Positions 22,801-35,137 of a stretch of 49,516 nt of DNA are shown one piece after another. The stretch is taken from contig MQRK01217006.1 of NCBI GenBank assembly GCA_001938485.1, positions 1 to 49,516 on the forward strand. Reading direction: 5' to 3'. Made by a program: the position numbers and the translations under genes. The notes under the pieces were generated by a model, which worked only from the letters and a program-made list of their open reading frames with translations, ran no database searches and was not told the origin of the DNA. How positions within the stretch are numbered: position 1 is the stretch's first letter; every line of letters begins with the position of its first letter. The stretch is from Girardia tigrina (Eukaryota).

Positions 22801-24696
22801 ATGCCCTCGAAGAGGTTTCTTCAATGCTGAGAAAAAGTGATAATCACTCGGAGCAAGGTCCGGTAAATGTGGGGGATGAGGCAAAAGTATCCAGCCCAAT
22901 CATTGCACGGTACTGGCAGTCAACTTCGCTGTATGGGGACGTGCGTTGTCCTATTGCAATAATGGGATGGATGAAAATTTTTCCCGTCGTTTGTTCTTGA
23001 AAGCTTTGCGCAGATCTTTGTCGAGCAGGTTCGTGTAGTATGCGCTGTTGATGGTGACCCCCTTTGGCAGGTAATCAATGTGAATTATCACATCACAGTT
23101 CCGAAAGACTGTAACCATTACCTTCCCGCTGAAGGGACGGTCTTCGCCTTTAAAAGGGGTCTGTCACCTGGGCGACACCATTGATGGGACTACTCCTTGG
23201 TTTCAGGAAGCTAAAACGGGAGCTACGTTTCGCCCACTGTCACAATCCGGGACCAGAACGCCTCACCGAGATCATGAACCAGTTGCAGCAGTTCTTGACA
23301 AGCAGACTTTCGATTAGCCTTCTGGTCGTTGTTGAGCACGCACGGCACCCACCTGGCAGTCAGTTTCCTCATATGCAGCTCCTCTGACATGATGCGGTGC
23401 ACCTGACTTTTAGAAACGCCTATAATAGCTGCTATCTCACGGATAGTGAGACATCTATCACCAAGAATGACTTCCTCGATAACTTTCACATTTTCTTGAC
23501 ATCCGGACGTTGTTGGTCGCTCACTGCGTTCATCATCGTCCAATGATTGATGCCCTGCCTGAAATCGTTGCACCCACGTAAAGATAGCCGTTCTTCCCAT
23601 AGCGGCATCACCAAAGACGCGGTGTAAACGGTGCAAAATATCTGCAGCGGGTGTGTCTTCCTTCCAGAAGAAATAGATGATTGATCGTTGAGATTTCACT
23701 GCCTCTTCCATACTAACTACAAGAGAGAAAAATGACAAATTAATACATTCGTATGTCACGCACATGCCGACGAGCAGCCAATGAAAGTTCACCTCAATTA
23801 CAATTGGTTAGTTCCCCCCTCATGTCATCATACACACACCGCACGTTACAGTCACGCACACCCGTCACCACGCCATATTCTCTCAGTCCGTGAACTTTTG
23901 TTACACTCCTCGTAGCATAGACCAAATTTGATAGTTCTTTCTTACCAAACGTGTTCTCCACTAATTTTCGATTATCTCCTCTGCTTTGCGGAACGCAATT
24001 GACGGGTCACAGCAACCTACTCTTAACTCTATGAGATCTTTCATCAAATCCAAAATAGATTTTTCTTTTGACAATGTCACTCGCATTTTCTCTTCGCAAG
24101 TACTCCCTGGGGTCTTCTCGTATCTCAGAATCGCATCTGGAGTCAAGTAGGGCATTACCAGTAGGATTTTCCTCTCTTCTGATAATCCCATAATCTTTGA
24201 ATACCTGTTAAAACTTATCAGGAATTCTTTTAATTTGTGCTCGGATCCATCAAATGTTTCTGGACCTTTGAAGGTCGGAGTCACGTGGTGTGAAGCCGCC
24301 ATGTTAAGAGAACTGACACATTTGACAGAACATTTACTACATTCACATTTTTGATTTCATTTATCTCTATGATGATCAATAGCATTGCTTTCACTTAAAT
24401 CCATCACTCAATGTTTTATACATCTCATTCTAATCTGAACTAACTTGAAGAAAATTATTTTATTTAAATTATTTAAAAATTTACAAAAATAAAATCAATA
24501 AATTATGTAAAATTTAAAATAATAAAAATTAAAAAAATTGAATATTAAATCTAAATTTGAATAAATTAGTTTCAGATTATAAGAATTAAAATATTAATCA
24601 TCCATCTGATTAGGAGAGACACAATCCAAAATCAGCACACAACATTTAAACATGCAAACCCTACACTAAACATCATCATACTAAATATTCCTCACA
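19817..24696 (-). mobile_element. Decayed Ty3/Gypsy LTR retrotransposon (5' LTR, gag, PR, RT, RNase H; integrase missing)
   Basis: LTR 24302-24696. gag MAASHH...GPETFDGS with CCHC knuckles; RT SSPWNFPLV, RMCVDFRQ, IDLGNAY, VYLDEI; RNase H remnants. Confidence 0.92.
22572..23912 (-). mobile_element. Full-length decayed mariner (DD34D) transposon nested in Gypsy gag
   Basis: TA on both sides (22570-71, 23913-14). TIRs cgaggggtgtcccaaaagt / cgaggagtgtaacaaaagt. Motifs WVPCVL, TVGET, DNARPH, HPPHLPDLAPSDYHFF. Confidence 0.95.
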
Positions 24697-25379
24697 ATGG
24701 TGATGCGATGTTGAATTGGAAGAAAACAAAAGATGAAGAGGAAAAAATATGCAATTGCTAAAAATTGCAATTTTAAAAGTAGTTATTGATTATTGTCATT
24801 TTTGGGTAATCATAAAATAATACTACTTCTTTATTTGTTTTAATTCAGTCTTTCACAATAATAAATGTCTGACTTCTTTTCAGGAGGTTCTTCCGACAAT
24901 AAAAGCTTAATTGTTCATTTCACTCTTGATGATTTAATTCAATACAAATCTCGCAAGACATTTAATTTCATATTGATTTCGCTAGAGATACTACCCATGT
25001 GAGTTTCACAAGAGTCACGACCAATTTGAATTTCAAATATTTTATCTCGCAAGAGATAGTACCTTTATTTGTTACTCTCGAAACAAATAATAATGATAAT
25101 ATCAAATTTGACCCAAGTTTTATTTTATTATAAAACTAATTATAAAATGAGGATACAAACACGGATTAACAATTGAAGATCTGTTATTATAAATTTTTAT
25201 TCAAACTTTCCCTTGTTTCAAAACTCTCTTATTAATTTTTTTAATCTTTATTTGATTAATTCTGGCCCAAATTACCTACAATAATCATCTGAAATATCTT
25301 TATCAATGTAGGGGTATTTATATCTAATTCAAATTAATATTTAAAAAAATTATTTTTATTAATGAAAACGGTAGAAAAT

Positions 25380-26230
25380 CGTGATCGATTTTCAAGGAAG
25401 ACACTTTTGTGTGTTTGGTAAAATTCATTTCGAGATACTTTCAAGTGGTTGAACTATCAACCCTGACATAACCCAACTGGATTAAATATTTGCAGCTCTT
25501 GGTAAAAATTCATCGCTTTGATCAATCGAAAGAAAGCTCTTCTGCAGCAAGACAATGCAAAACCACAAACCGCCAGACAAACTCAAGAAAGATAAAAAAT
25601 CTGGACACCATTTAACTTTTTCCACACCCAGATTATAGTTCAAACCTTAAGTCATCCGTTCAATGCCGCGTTTTCTTCGTGGCCGAAATTTCAAAAATTT
25701 GGGAGATGTCAAAAACGGTTTCCGTGAGATTTTTTTAAATGTACATTTTTATTTTTTGTACCGGTGTATGTTTAACTTTTATGTACTTTTTATCATTTTT
25801 GTAATATATTTTATGAATGCAATTTTTTTTTCTTTTTGTTAAATCCATTCTAATTATTATTATTATTTTGATAATTATTTAATTCGAGGGTGGGGGAAAT
25901 AATTTGCTTTCTTCATTCATTTCTTTATTTTCTTTTAAATAAAATTAAACTTTTTTCTTCGTTAAAAATAATAAAAAAACTTTATATTCATAGAAAATAT
26001 TAAAAAAGTGATAAAAAATACATGAGTTAAACATACACCGGTACAAAAAATAAAAATGTACATTTACAGTTTTTGTCTCTAAAATCTAAAGATGGTATCG
26101 TTGAAGGATAGACCAACTTGCTGATGGATGGATTCAAGTCATTGATTCAAATTGTCTTTAGTTTGAATCTTGATTGCTTTTAGTTTTTGTAAAATAATGT
26201 TTTCTTTAATCGGAAAGAAAAATTTGGTTC
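25380..26230 (+). mobile_element. Degenerate mariner 3' fragment
   Basis: LQQDNAKPQTA (~25540-25575) and FPHPDYSSNL (~25618-25650); interrupted by a MITE. Confidence 0.7.
25736..26066. mobile_element. MITE with ~65-bp terminal inverted repeats
   Basis: taaatgtacatttttattttttgtaccggtgtatgtttaact is matched by its reverse complement ending at 26066. Confidence 0.85.
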
Positions 26231-26842
26231 ACCATAAATTAAGAGTAAATAAAATTAGAAACCTCCCTGACGAAACGAGATAAAAGAAAATTCATAAAAC
26301 TACTTTTAGAAAGAAGTCATCATTTTGTCATACGTAATTATTACGATAAATAATTTTTTCCAGAAAAGATAAATGGAAATATCTATATATTTGTTCTAAG
26401 AATCATATGGGCTAATAGCATTTGATATTAAACGTCATAAGTTTCAGAAAGCCGAATAATTAGTCACTAAAAATGACTTATATAGTATAAATAATTGATT
26501 TTCATGATAAATGTGGAAAACTCTTCGACCCAAGAAAACATTTTTTTCACAAAAAATAAAAATTTATTAATATTTAAAATGTTACAATCGATCAAGTTGT
26601 CAAGGGGTCGTTATGTTACATAGGACTTCGAGTTTCAGATAAAATTTACTCGACAGGTGCAGCAATCATTACCGGTTATAAAACTATTTTCTCACAGAGA
26701 AGAAATATTTCTGAAAAATTTAAATCATTTAAAAATTATTGGTACAAAAAAATTTCTAATGGGGTGAGCAGAAGAATTTCCAAAAAAAGAAATTTATATC
26801 ATGAATATTTACTGTTAAATATATTTATTCAAAAATTAACAG

Positions 26843-28508
26843 TTATGAAAATTTATTCATAAAGTAAGCATGACCTTTCGGTTTAATATACCATATACGG
26901 TTACCACTATTTTCGCAATTTTTACAAATCCACTCAGCATGGGGTTCATTTCTTAACAGTTGATAGGCTTCAAACGTTAGTCCGGTACAACTTCGATGAT
27001 ACCAGTGGCCACAAGCATACCCACATTGAATAGACTCAAATTGCATATTACTAGGAACAATTTCTTTCTGGCATTGGCCACACACTTGTATTATTTGCAT
27101 TCTGTCCGACGGAACATTGGGATTGATAATTCCTTGTGGAATTTGTTGAGGACCATGTACTGGAATATTTCCCATCATATGAGCAGGTACATAAGACGAG
27201 ATCTGTCCAAAATGATAATTCGGCATTAAGTGCATCATCTCTGGGTGCATATTACCGCCTGTTACAAATTTATATTTCTAAATCTTATGCGAAAGTTATA
27301 TTTGTTCACGCAACTGTCATGCATTTATTATTCAAATGTCTTTGTATCAATATTATATTTAACAATATTTAAGTAAGTCATCAAAACTATAGAAACATTG
27401 TTTTCAAATTCTATTACATCTACTTCTAGTAATTACATTAAAAAAATTTTCCGAAAATTCAAAATCATATTTTTAAATTAAAGAAATCTAATAGTAGAAG
27501 TAACATAATCAACAAAAAACTAAAATGAAAATCTAATAATAAAAATTCCTATTTTTTGAGAATAGATAAAAATTAATGTTTTCTTCGATAGTTGTGTTCA
27601 TTTCTTGTGTATTCGTGACTTCATATGTATTTCGTAAGTTGAGTAGTTTATTTTCCTTCGCTAAGTAGAAAAACATAGTCAGAGGAAACTCTGATGGAGG
27701 ACCGCCGCGGTTCTGACGTGCAAATCGATCGTCGGACATGAGTATAGGGGCGAAAGACTAATCGAACCATCTAGTAGCTTGTTCCTTCCGAAGTTTCCCT
27801 CAGGATAGCTGGCGTTTATGATTCCATAGTTGAACCTGGTAAAGCGAATGATTAGAAAGAAGTATTGGGGGCGAAATGCTCTCAACTTATTCTCAAACAT
27901 TAAATGCGTTCGAAGTGCGCCTCTCTTTAATATTTTTGTTGGAGGTGTACATCGAATACAAATGCCTAGTGGGCCATTTTTGGTAAGCAGAACTGGCGAT
28001 GTGGGATGAACCAAAACATAAAGGATTTCTCTTTAATGTTAAAATAAAAAATTTATTATGAAAACACTAATATATACTTTAAAGATTAAAAATTAATTTT
28101 AAGTCTGTCAGTTGCGTAAACAAAAGTTTTGTTTTTCTAACCAGTAATTTGAGTCAGAGAAGCAGCATTACTGGGAATATTATGATAACCATAGTGACAT
28201 CCTTCTGCATTTGGATTTACATTAGGGTTATTAGGATTATTATGCCTTACAGACACTGGATATTGGTTATAATGCATTAAAGGCATCATTATTTGAGATT
28301 GGTTATCCTACACTATTTAAATAAAAAAGATTATAAAAATAATAACTTGAAATTGACATGGATGGGCAGAATATGCTTGCGGAGGAGTTTTAGAAGTGTT
28401 AGAATTTGCACTACTACTCATAGGATAATTAATAATGCTAGAACCATGTTGGCTCTGAAAACTCTGAGCATTAATGTTAGCACAATTGTCTAACGAAGCA
28501 TTATCCAT
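26843..28508 (-). CDS. pygo: Pygopus-like PHD-finger protein; exons 28508-28347, 28307-28142, 27258-26843 (~247 aa)
   Basis: C-terminal PHD CGQCQKEI...CGYACGHWYHRSCTGLTFEAYQLLRNEPHAEWICKNC closely resembles Pygopus PHDs (HRxCTG[LM]TxxAYxLLxxExxAxWxCxxC). Two GT-AG introns (39 nt phase 0; 883 nt phase 1) join the exons in one open frame with an N/P/Q-rich linker. The 5' end is uncertain. Confidence 0.8.
27678..28012 (+). pseudogene. Isolated 28S (LSU) rRNA fragment within intron 2 of the PHD gene
   Basis: Conserved eukaryotic LSU blocks: gaggaaactctg, ctgacgtgcaaatcg, ggggcgaaagactaatcgaaccatctagtagc, ccgaagtttccctcaggatagc, gggccatttttggtaagcagaactggcg. Flanked by the direct repeat AAAACATA. 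Confidence 0.95.
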
Positions 28509-29838
28509 GTGAAGTAATTAATTGCTAATATTTTGCAATATTTAATTTGTATAAATAATGAATGAATTATATATCCATTTCTGTTTTTAAAATATTTGAT
28601 TTTATCTATATATAAACAAACAAAACTTAGAAATATAAATATTTTCCAATATGAAATACATAATATTATTGTTAATCGTTAAATCCTTAATTTTTTAGTA
28701 TTTATTGAAATATTTTTTTTCTTATTAGATTTTTTATCTATAAGATACGTAAAGTAAAATTTTTTACAGTAATTGTTATTATAATCATAAACAATAATGT
28801 ACAAACAAGATAAATATTTGAAACAATTGTTTTATCAGATACGATACAAGATGCATATAAAGGTTGAATACTGAACAGAACTAAAACTTGTAATCTATTA
28901 TTGAAATATATTTACATTTCGATAACAAAAGTTATTGAGATTATTTATTAGACATGTTTGCGTATTTAGGTGATTGATAGATTTATTATTAAAACGAAAT
29001 AAAAAGACAATTATTTTCTTTAAAAATATATATTTATTATTTACAGGTTACAAAAGAATTAAAAATTTAAATCGTAACTTTTGATTTTAAATAGTTAAAG
29101 AAGTACTTCGTACTTGCCCTAAATGATTTTAAATATATAAAAATGTTGGCGTATCTATGTGATAATAAAATTTAAAAGGAAAATCAAAATAATTGACAAT
29201 TCTTTTAAAAATATTTATTTGTAAATCACAGTCTATAATTACAATTTTACAAAAGCTTTATCTTATTTCCTGAATTTTGAATTTGAATAATTATAGAAGT
29301 GAAGTTCACTTGCCCTAAGTAATTTTAATTATATAAATATATAATTACTTAAATACATAAATTATATTTGATTGCTCACTTGTTTCGAGACTTATTCGAT
29401 TCAATTCAACTTTACTCCATTCAATCTGTAACTGTACTACTTTTTATACTGTACAAATGACTTAATAAGTCTTCGACGGTGACTTTATTAATTAAGCTAG
29501 ATCTTTGTGGGTTGTTTAACAAATTCTGTTGACCGAATTCTTAACCTTTAAGATCGATGAGACTTTTTCTCTTCTTTTAATACAAATAATTAAGATTTCC
29601 TTGCTTGAGATTTATGTGCTTTTTTGTGTGAATCTTTCTTTTAAATTCTAATGTCTTTTATATTCTTCCTGTTCTTTTAATATTTTTCTTAGATAAATTT
29701 ATTTAAATCAAAAAATCTTTGTTATTTTGCTTAATATTTTTATTTACATAATCTGAACTATTTTTATTCAAAACATGCTTAAAATACCCGAAATCAAAAC
29801 TATGAAAATAAGAAATATTATATAAATAATAAAATAAT

Positions 29839-30625
29839 AATGTGAAAAGACATGAAACAAACCCCATAGTTTATGAGAAATAAGAATGCCCAATACATGT
29901 TTCCAAATTAAAGGAGTTGAAGACTAATTCAACACAGCAACAAGCATGTTTTAGGAAAATTCTGAAAGGTATTGTGACTTTCGTTACAGCAAGCGATGAA
30001 TTCAGCAAAACGCTTTGAACAGGAAGTCTTATAATGAAAGGGATTTTATAACGTAATGTCTTGTTTAGCGTTTTTGGTGTTAAGTTAATATAAAGAAAAT
30101 TAAATGATAAACATTAATGATGTGGATTATATTTTTAATTAAGTTTAATTTGTTATGAATTTTATGTTTGAAATTAAAATTATAAAGCTAGTTTGTTGTA
30201 AAAATTAGTCATTCTTGTATCGGTGTCAATGAACTTTATTGTGTTGATAAACAGTTTCGGTGTTAAAATGTGATTGTAAATAGCGTTTATGCCACTTTCA
30301 GTATTATCAAATTCCGAAATCATAATTTAACACCAAAAAATTTAATAATATCAACAATTCACATATTTAAACAAATTTCTTAATAATTCAATTATTTCGC
30401 CTAAAATTAATTCATTAAATTTTTTCGATTAAATTTTGAAAATTTACGAAATTTAAACTTTAAATTATTTTATATTTTTTATGAACTATTACGAAATTTA
30501 AACCTTAAAATAATTTTACATTTTTTCCGAAAATTTTATGAAACTTTATCATAAAAATTAATTAATTTAAATTTACAATAAACCCTTTTATTAAAAAAAT
30601 TATTTCTTAAAAGATTAATCCGTTA
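29839..30625 (+). repeat. ~790-bp repeat, copy 1 of an inverted pair
   Basis: Near-identical reverse complement at 41146-41915. Confidence 0.9.
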
Positions 30626-30658
30626 ATAGAAATATTAATCCGTTAATTTCGAGAGCAA

Positions 30659-33070
30659 TGTCGTGTTCCCTCCTCTGGACAACATTTTTGTTAGCTCAGA
30701 GCCCCCATCCGTTTTTTTGAGTTCAACGGCAACTCTTATGCACCGCTTATTCCTCTCGGTCATTGTTCACTGTTTGAGAGAACAGACGCGCCTCCTCCGT
30801 GCAAATCAAGAAGTTGTGTGTGCTTTGGAGCGCCTTCGGGTTCAAACCAGTAACAAGTATTGTCCGACTTGTGGTCTCAGTGCCTGATAGGGTTAATTTT
30901 GTATCTCATTGTTGTTTAAATATTTTAATTTTGATTATGATGAACGAAGAGGGCCTCAAGGAAATAAGCGACGATCGGACCATGTGCCCCTATGCATGCT
31001 GTGGTCGACCTGTGCCCTCTCCAAAAGGTTCTTCGCCCTAAGTAGCAACACAATTATTGTTTGTAATTTATATTCAGTTCATAGTTACACAGATTTATAT
31101 TTAATTTAATTATATGTGACGATACTTTGTTGCACTGGGTATTTTATAATTAAACTTACTCATTTATATCGTTATAAATCGGAAGAACAAACCGCCCTGT
31201 TTCCTTTAACTACTAACCTCACACTCAGCTCAAAGGGTCTCGAACTCATTCCCCGTTTGAGAATCTTGCTATTACCCGCGGTCACCTTAGTCACGTTTCG
31301 CCTCAGCAATAGGGAATTGGTTATCAAACAATAGAGTTTGATTCTCATAAGAAATTTTTTATTCGGGATGAAGTAATACTGTCGGGCAATTATAAAGTGG
31401 TTATTCGTGTGTGAAATGATTGAGTCAAGAAATATAAATCTGAATAAAAAAATGAATGATTTCGAATGTAATTAGTTTTGTACATCTTTCGACAAAATTT
31501 TAAAACACTATCAAAATGTTAGAGTCGTTCAAAATGTATCGCGTCTCGCTCACGTTTGTTCTTCCAGGACTCAAAGGTTTAGGTACAAAATATTAATACA
31601 ATTACAAAATGTATTTTCATTACATAATATTAGAATAAATTTATTTAATACATATTTTGAAATTATTATTAAACCTTTTCATTAAATATTAAACTTAATA
31701 CCAAAATAATGTCGAAAAATATAATGTTTAACAAATCTCAAGCAAATAATTCTGAATAAATTAATTTTCTTTTAATTTCAGAATAAATTAATTAATTCTA
31801 AACTCAATATAAAAGAATATACATTAAATAAAATTATATTTTATATATTTATTCAATTCTTGTTTACGTTATAAAATCTAGGAATATTCGAAAATTAAGA
31901 TTATTTTACACATGAAATCTTAACAAGGCTTGATGATAAAAGTTAATTGTTTAATAAAATATAAATTATTGTCAGCTTTCTAATATTCTGGTAATTATTT
32001 ATTGAGGGAACATTAAACATTTTTTAAGCGATCGGAATTATTAAAATACAATCTATCCGTGGAACTATTGGGTTTAAAAATGAAACGAGGAGTAGGTATG
32101 AAAGGGATGGACTATGCAAGCTATTTACAAAACATAATTAACCTTGGAGAAACGCTCCGACACTCAACTCAAAACAGTGTCGAGGTTTAGATTCTACGCC
32201 CTTCTCTGCCATTATTGTTTCGTCGTTCCTATACAAACCGTCATATCGTTTTCTTACGGGAGGTTTGGGCGTCCAACAAGGTTGATAAACCGCCATGACA
32301 TCGTAAGGGTTTGACCTCATATATAATGCCAAGATAGTCCATGCCTCTCATACATCACTGCCACTAATCGCAAACTAATTATTATATATTAAGGCAAAAT
32401 ATATTAAAATTAAACCAAACGCGTTTATCAAATTATTATAATCGAACTAAAATAAAATCAACATATTTATCAAAATATTACAATTAAACTAAAATCAAAT
32501 CAAACATATTTATCAAAATGTTATGAACGAATAACAATCGTACTTGTGTATTAATTTTGATCTCTTCACAATAACTAAATAATTAATGGAAATTTTCTAA
32601 TCGCAGGATCCAAAGTTACAAGGATTGTAAATTGTGCAAAATATATACGAAAGTGTGCTTGCTAATGACGTTTTAATAAGTGTACAAAATACTTAGTTCA
32701 GCAAAATAGTTAGTTAGGTAATTATTTTCTTCTGAGCTTTGTGCACACTCCTTCAGGTATTTATACCCGACAGGATGTGCATCTTTCTCGACACACTCGG
32801 GTTTCACGTGTGTCGACAATTTCGGTCATCATCTTGTTTACCGATGACATTGAAGTAAGGTAGAGGGGAAGTCTCTGCAACATCCGCGATTCACGAATGT
32901 TACATCTGCAATGCAAAATCTACAATCATCATGCCGGTCGAAGTGCACAGGATGTCGCTGTCGCTCACTCTACAGGTATTCGCGGTGTTTATCGTTATTC
33001 ACAATGCTGAATACGCACCGCGGTATCTTGCTCTTCAACGACAAGGTGTAAGGGGACGGTAAGTTGTTAA
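30659..33070 (-). mobile_element. Giant LTR-like unit D, truncated at the U3 end
   Basis: Starts TGTCGTGTTCCC like units A and B. Shares the structured blocks and the ggtatttatacccgacaggatg TATA block (32756-32777). Confidence 0.72.
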
Positions 33071-33179
33071 GTTAACTAATTATTTCAAATATATTCCAGA
33101 ATCGTGCATATTGATAAATTGTTGTATGTTGATTAATTTTTTTAAAATCAGAACAAAACATTTAAATTGATTCTAAATA

Positions 33180-33800
33180 GAATTTCATCAATTTAAATTC
33201 CCGGGAAAATGCTTGGTTTTAGATTTCCCGAATCCCGGGAATTTGAAAATTTTTCCCAGGACTTTCAATGTGATGTTAAAATATTTGAAATTTGAATTTA
33301 ATTATATTTAATTTTAGTTGGTAATTTATCAGTTATTTAATTTTACAGTAGAGTAGATATTTATAATTACATGAGTTTACAAGTGATATACTAAAAAAAT
33401 AGAAATGATAAAAGTTTGTTTGAATATTCAGAATTTGAGAATTTTTAAAAAATCAGTTTGGTATGATTAACGAACCTAACATAAAAGATTAAAAAAGGGA
33501 ATTGAAGAATCAAAAAAGAACTTTGTACCCACTCCCACTACTTACACCTTGAACTTCAACCAAATATTGAGGAAAGCAATGTTATTATTTGAAGGGTCTG
33601 GTAAAATGACACTAAATTTAGAAAAAATATTTAATGCACTTAATTATATTCAACCGACATCTACGGAGAGCTAACGAGTGTTTTCTACTTCGTCAAATAT
33701 TTGTTCCAAAAAAACGATCAAATTTAACTGACAAGTCAATTAATGCATTATGTTTCCTTAAAACTTATTTTATTGGACATGATAAAAAATAAAATGTATT
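33180..33800 (+). mobile_element. hAT transposon remnant
   Basis: Subterminal TTCCCGGGAA-type repeats at 33198-33260. Dimerization-domain peptide IQPTSTES*RVFSTS...LTDKSINALCFLK at ~33645-33770. Confidence 0.75.
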
Positions 33801-33984
33801 TCAATTTGTTTAAAATTTGTTTTGTTAATAATTATTTTGATTTAAATGAAAGTTATGTGATTTATGATTTAATTATTTTTGAATGAACAAATACACTAAC
33901 AAGCCTGTAGTCACCCGCACAGATGCTAGTCCTGTAACAATGGAATTGAATTAAATACAAATAAAATAAGAATAAGTTAATTAC

Positions 33985-34110
33985 CGGTTGAGCGCATTCT
34001 TCGGCACGCGCGACCAATCAGGTGCACCGCAACAGAATTTGCCGGCGGTCTCGGCCAGCGTGTGCGGCTAAAATATTATAAATAACAATCAGTCGTACAC
34101 CACATCACAC
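33985..34110 (+). promoter_or_regulatory. GC-rich island with CCAAT and TATAAATA, possibly an LTR promoter
   Basis: gaccaatca at ~34012-34020, tataaata at 34077-34084, TGTAAC at 33934. No TSD found. Confidence 0.3.
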
Positions 34111-34716
34111 ATTTTTATAAAACACACTACTATTGATATTGCACTATATTACACACAAATTTTCTGCACAAAAATCTCGTCGTACAACTTATCAACACGA
34201 TATTATTTACAGACAATCTGTTGAACGATAATAATTATTATTTTACTCGTACGTTTATTCAAATTGAACAGACACCGAATTTAAAATTATCAAGAGGTAC
34301 ATTGTATATGGTGATGGTATATTTGTAAATATTAGTTTTATTTGAATTAATTTATTGATTTTACCTTTGTTTTATTGGTATAATATCTAAAATACAATTT
34401 ATTTCATGATACTCTTAACTATTGTTTTCTTTATTACATTTTTTGCATGATAATTTTAGTGATTAGAGAACGAATTAAATCAACGCCTGTGGTTAAGAAG
34501 TTATGAAGCACTCATCTATAAATGTTTATTAAGACGTAAAGGAATGGTGTAAAAGACGTAAAGGAAAGGAAAGAGGAACAGAGAGGTTTGGTTCATGTCG
34601 TGAATCGTAGATAATCTACATAATTTAAATGAGCAGTTAGCATGCGAAAGTAATGATAGAGAATAATTGGATATTTTGTCATGACAGGTGTTTGTAAGTA
34701 ATATAATTAATTATAC

Positions 34717-35137
34717 ATTTTCTGATTCGACAGTGACGATCGGATTGTTGCTGTTGTTGTTTCTCAGCAGAAGGTTTTTCGGTAATTGGAGATTTTGAAA
34801 CTCTTTTCCAGTCATCTAGAACTGAATTTGAAGGGTTAGAGTGAAGTGTTTTTAAAGCTGTTTGAGCATCTTCAACGGGATCATGGAATTCATCCAAACC
34901 ATAAATTCGAGAACTTGATGCACTCAGAAAGTCGATACTAGAGAAATTCTCCATTTGAAGAAAGTGGCTCAGAGAATCAGTTCGATTAGCATTTTGATCG
35001 CGAATGAAATCTTCTTTCGATAGATTTTCAACGATGATTATTTGAAAGAAATTTATCGATTTATTAAATTAAACTTTGATTGGAGAACTGTCCAACGATT
35101 CATGGAGTTTTAATTCTTCGAATATTGAATTATCCAT
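34717..35137 (-). CDS. Putative 5' exons of an unknown host gene (35137-35075 and 35041-34717)
   Basis: MDNSIFEELKLHESLDSSPIK continues in frame after a 33-nt GT...CAA segment into IIIVENLSKEDF...MENFSSIDFL...EKQQQQQSDRHCRIRK, then a GT donor. The acceptor is non-canonical and no domain is recognised. Confidence 0.35.

Noticed and set aside
27679-28014. 111-aa ORF on the minus strand, or a functional rRNA gene
   Set aside because: The ORF is the antisense of conserved rRNA, and the rRNA is an isolated 335-bp fragment.
29375-29700. Lys-rich minus-strand stretch as a missing upstream pygo exon
   Set aside because: All frames I read contain stops, and no in-phase join to the exon at 28508 was found.
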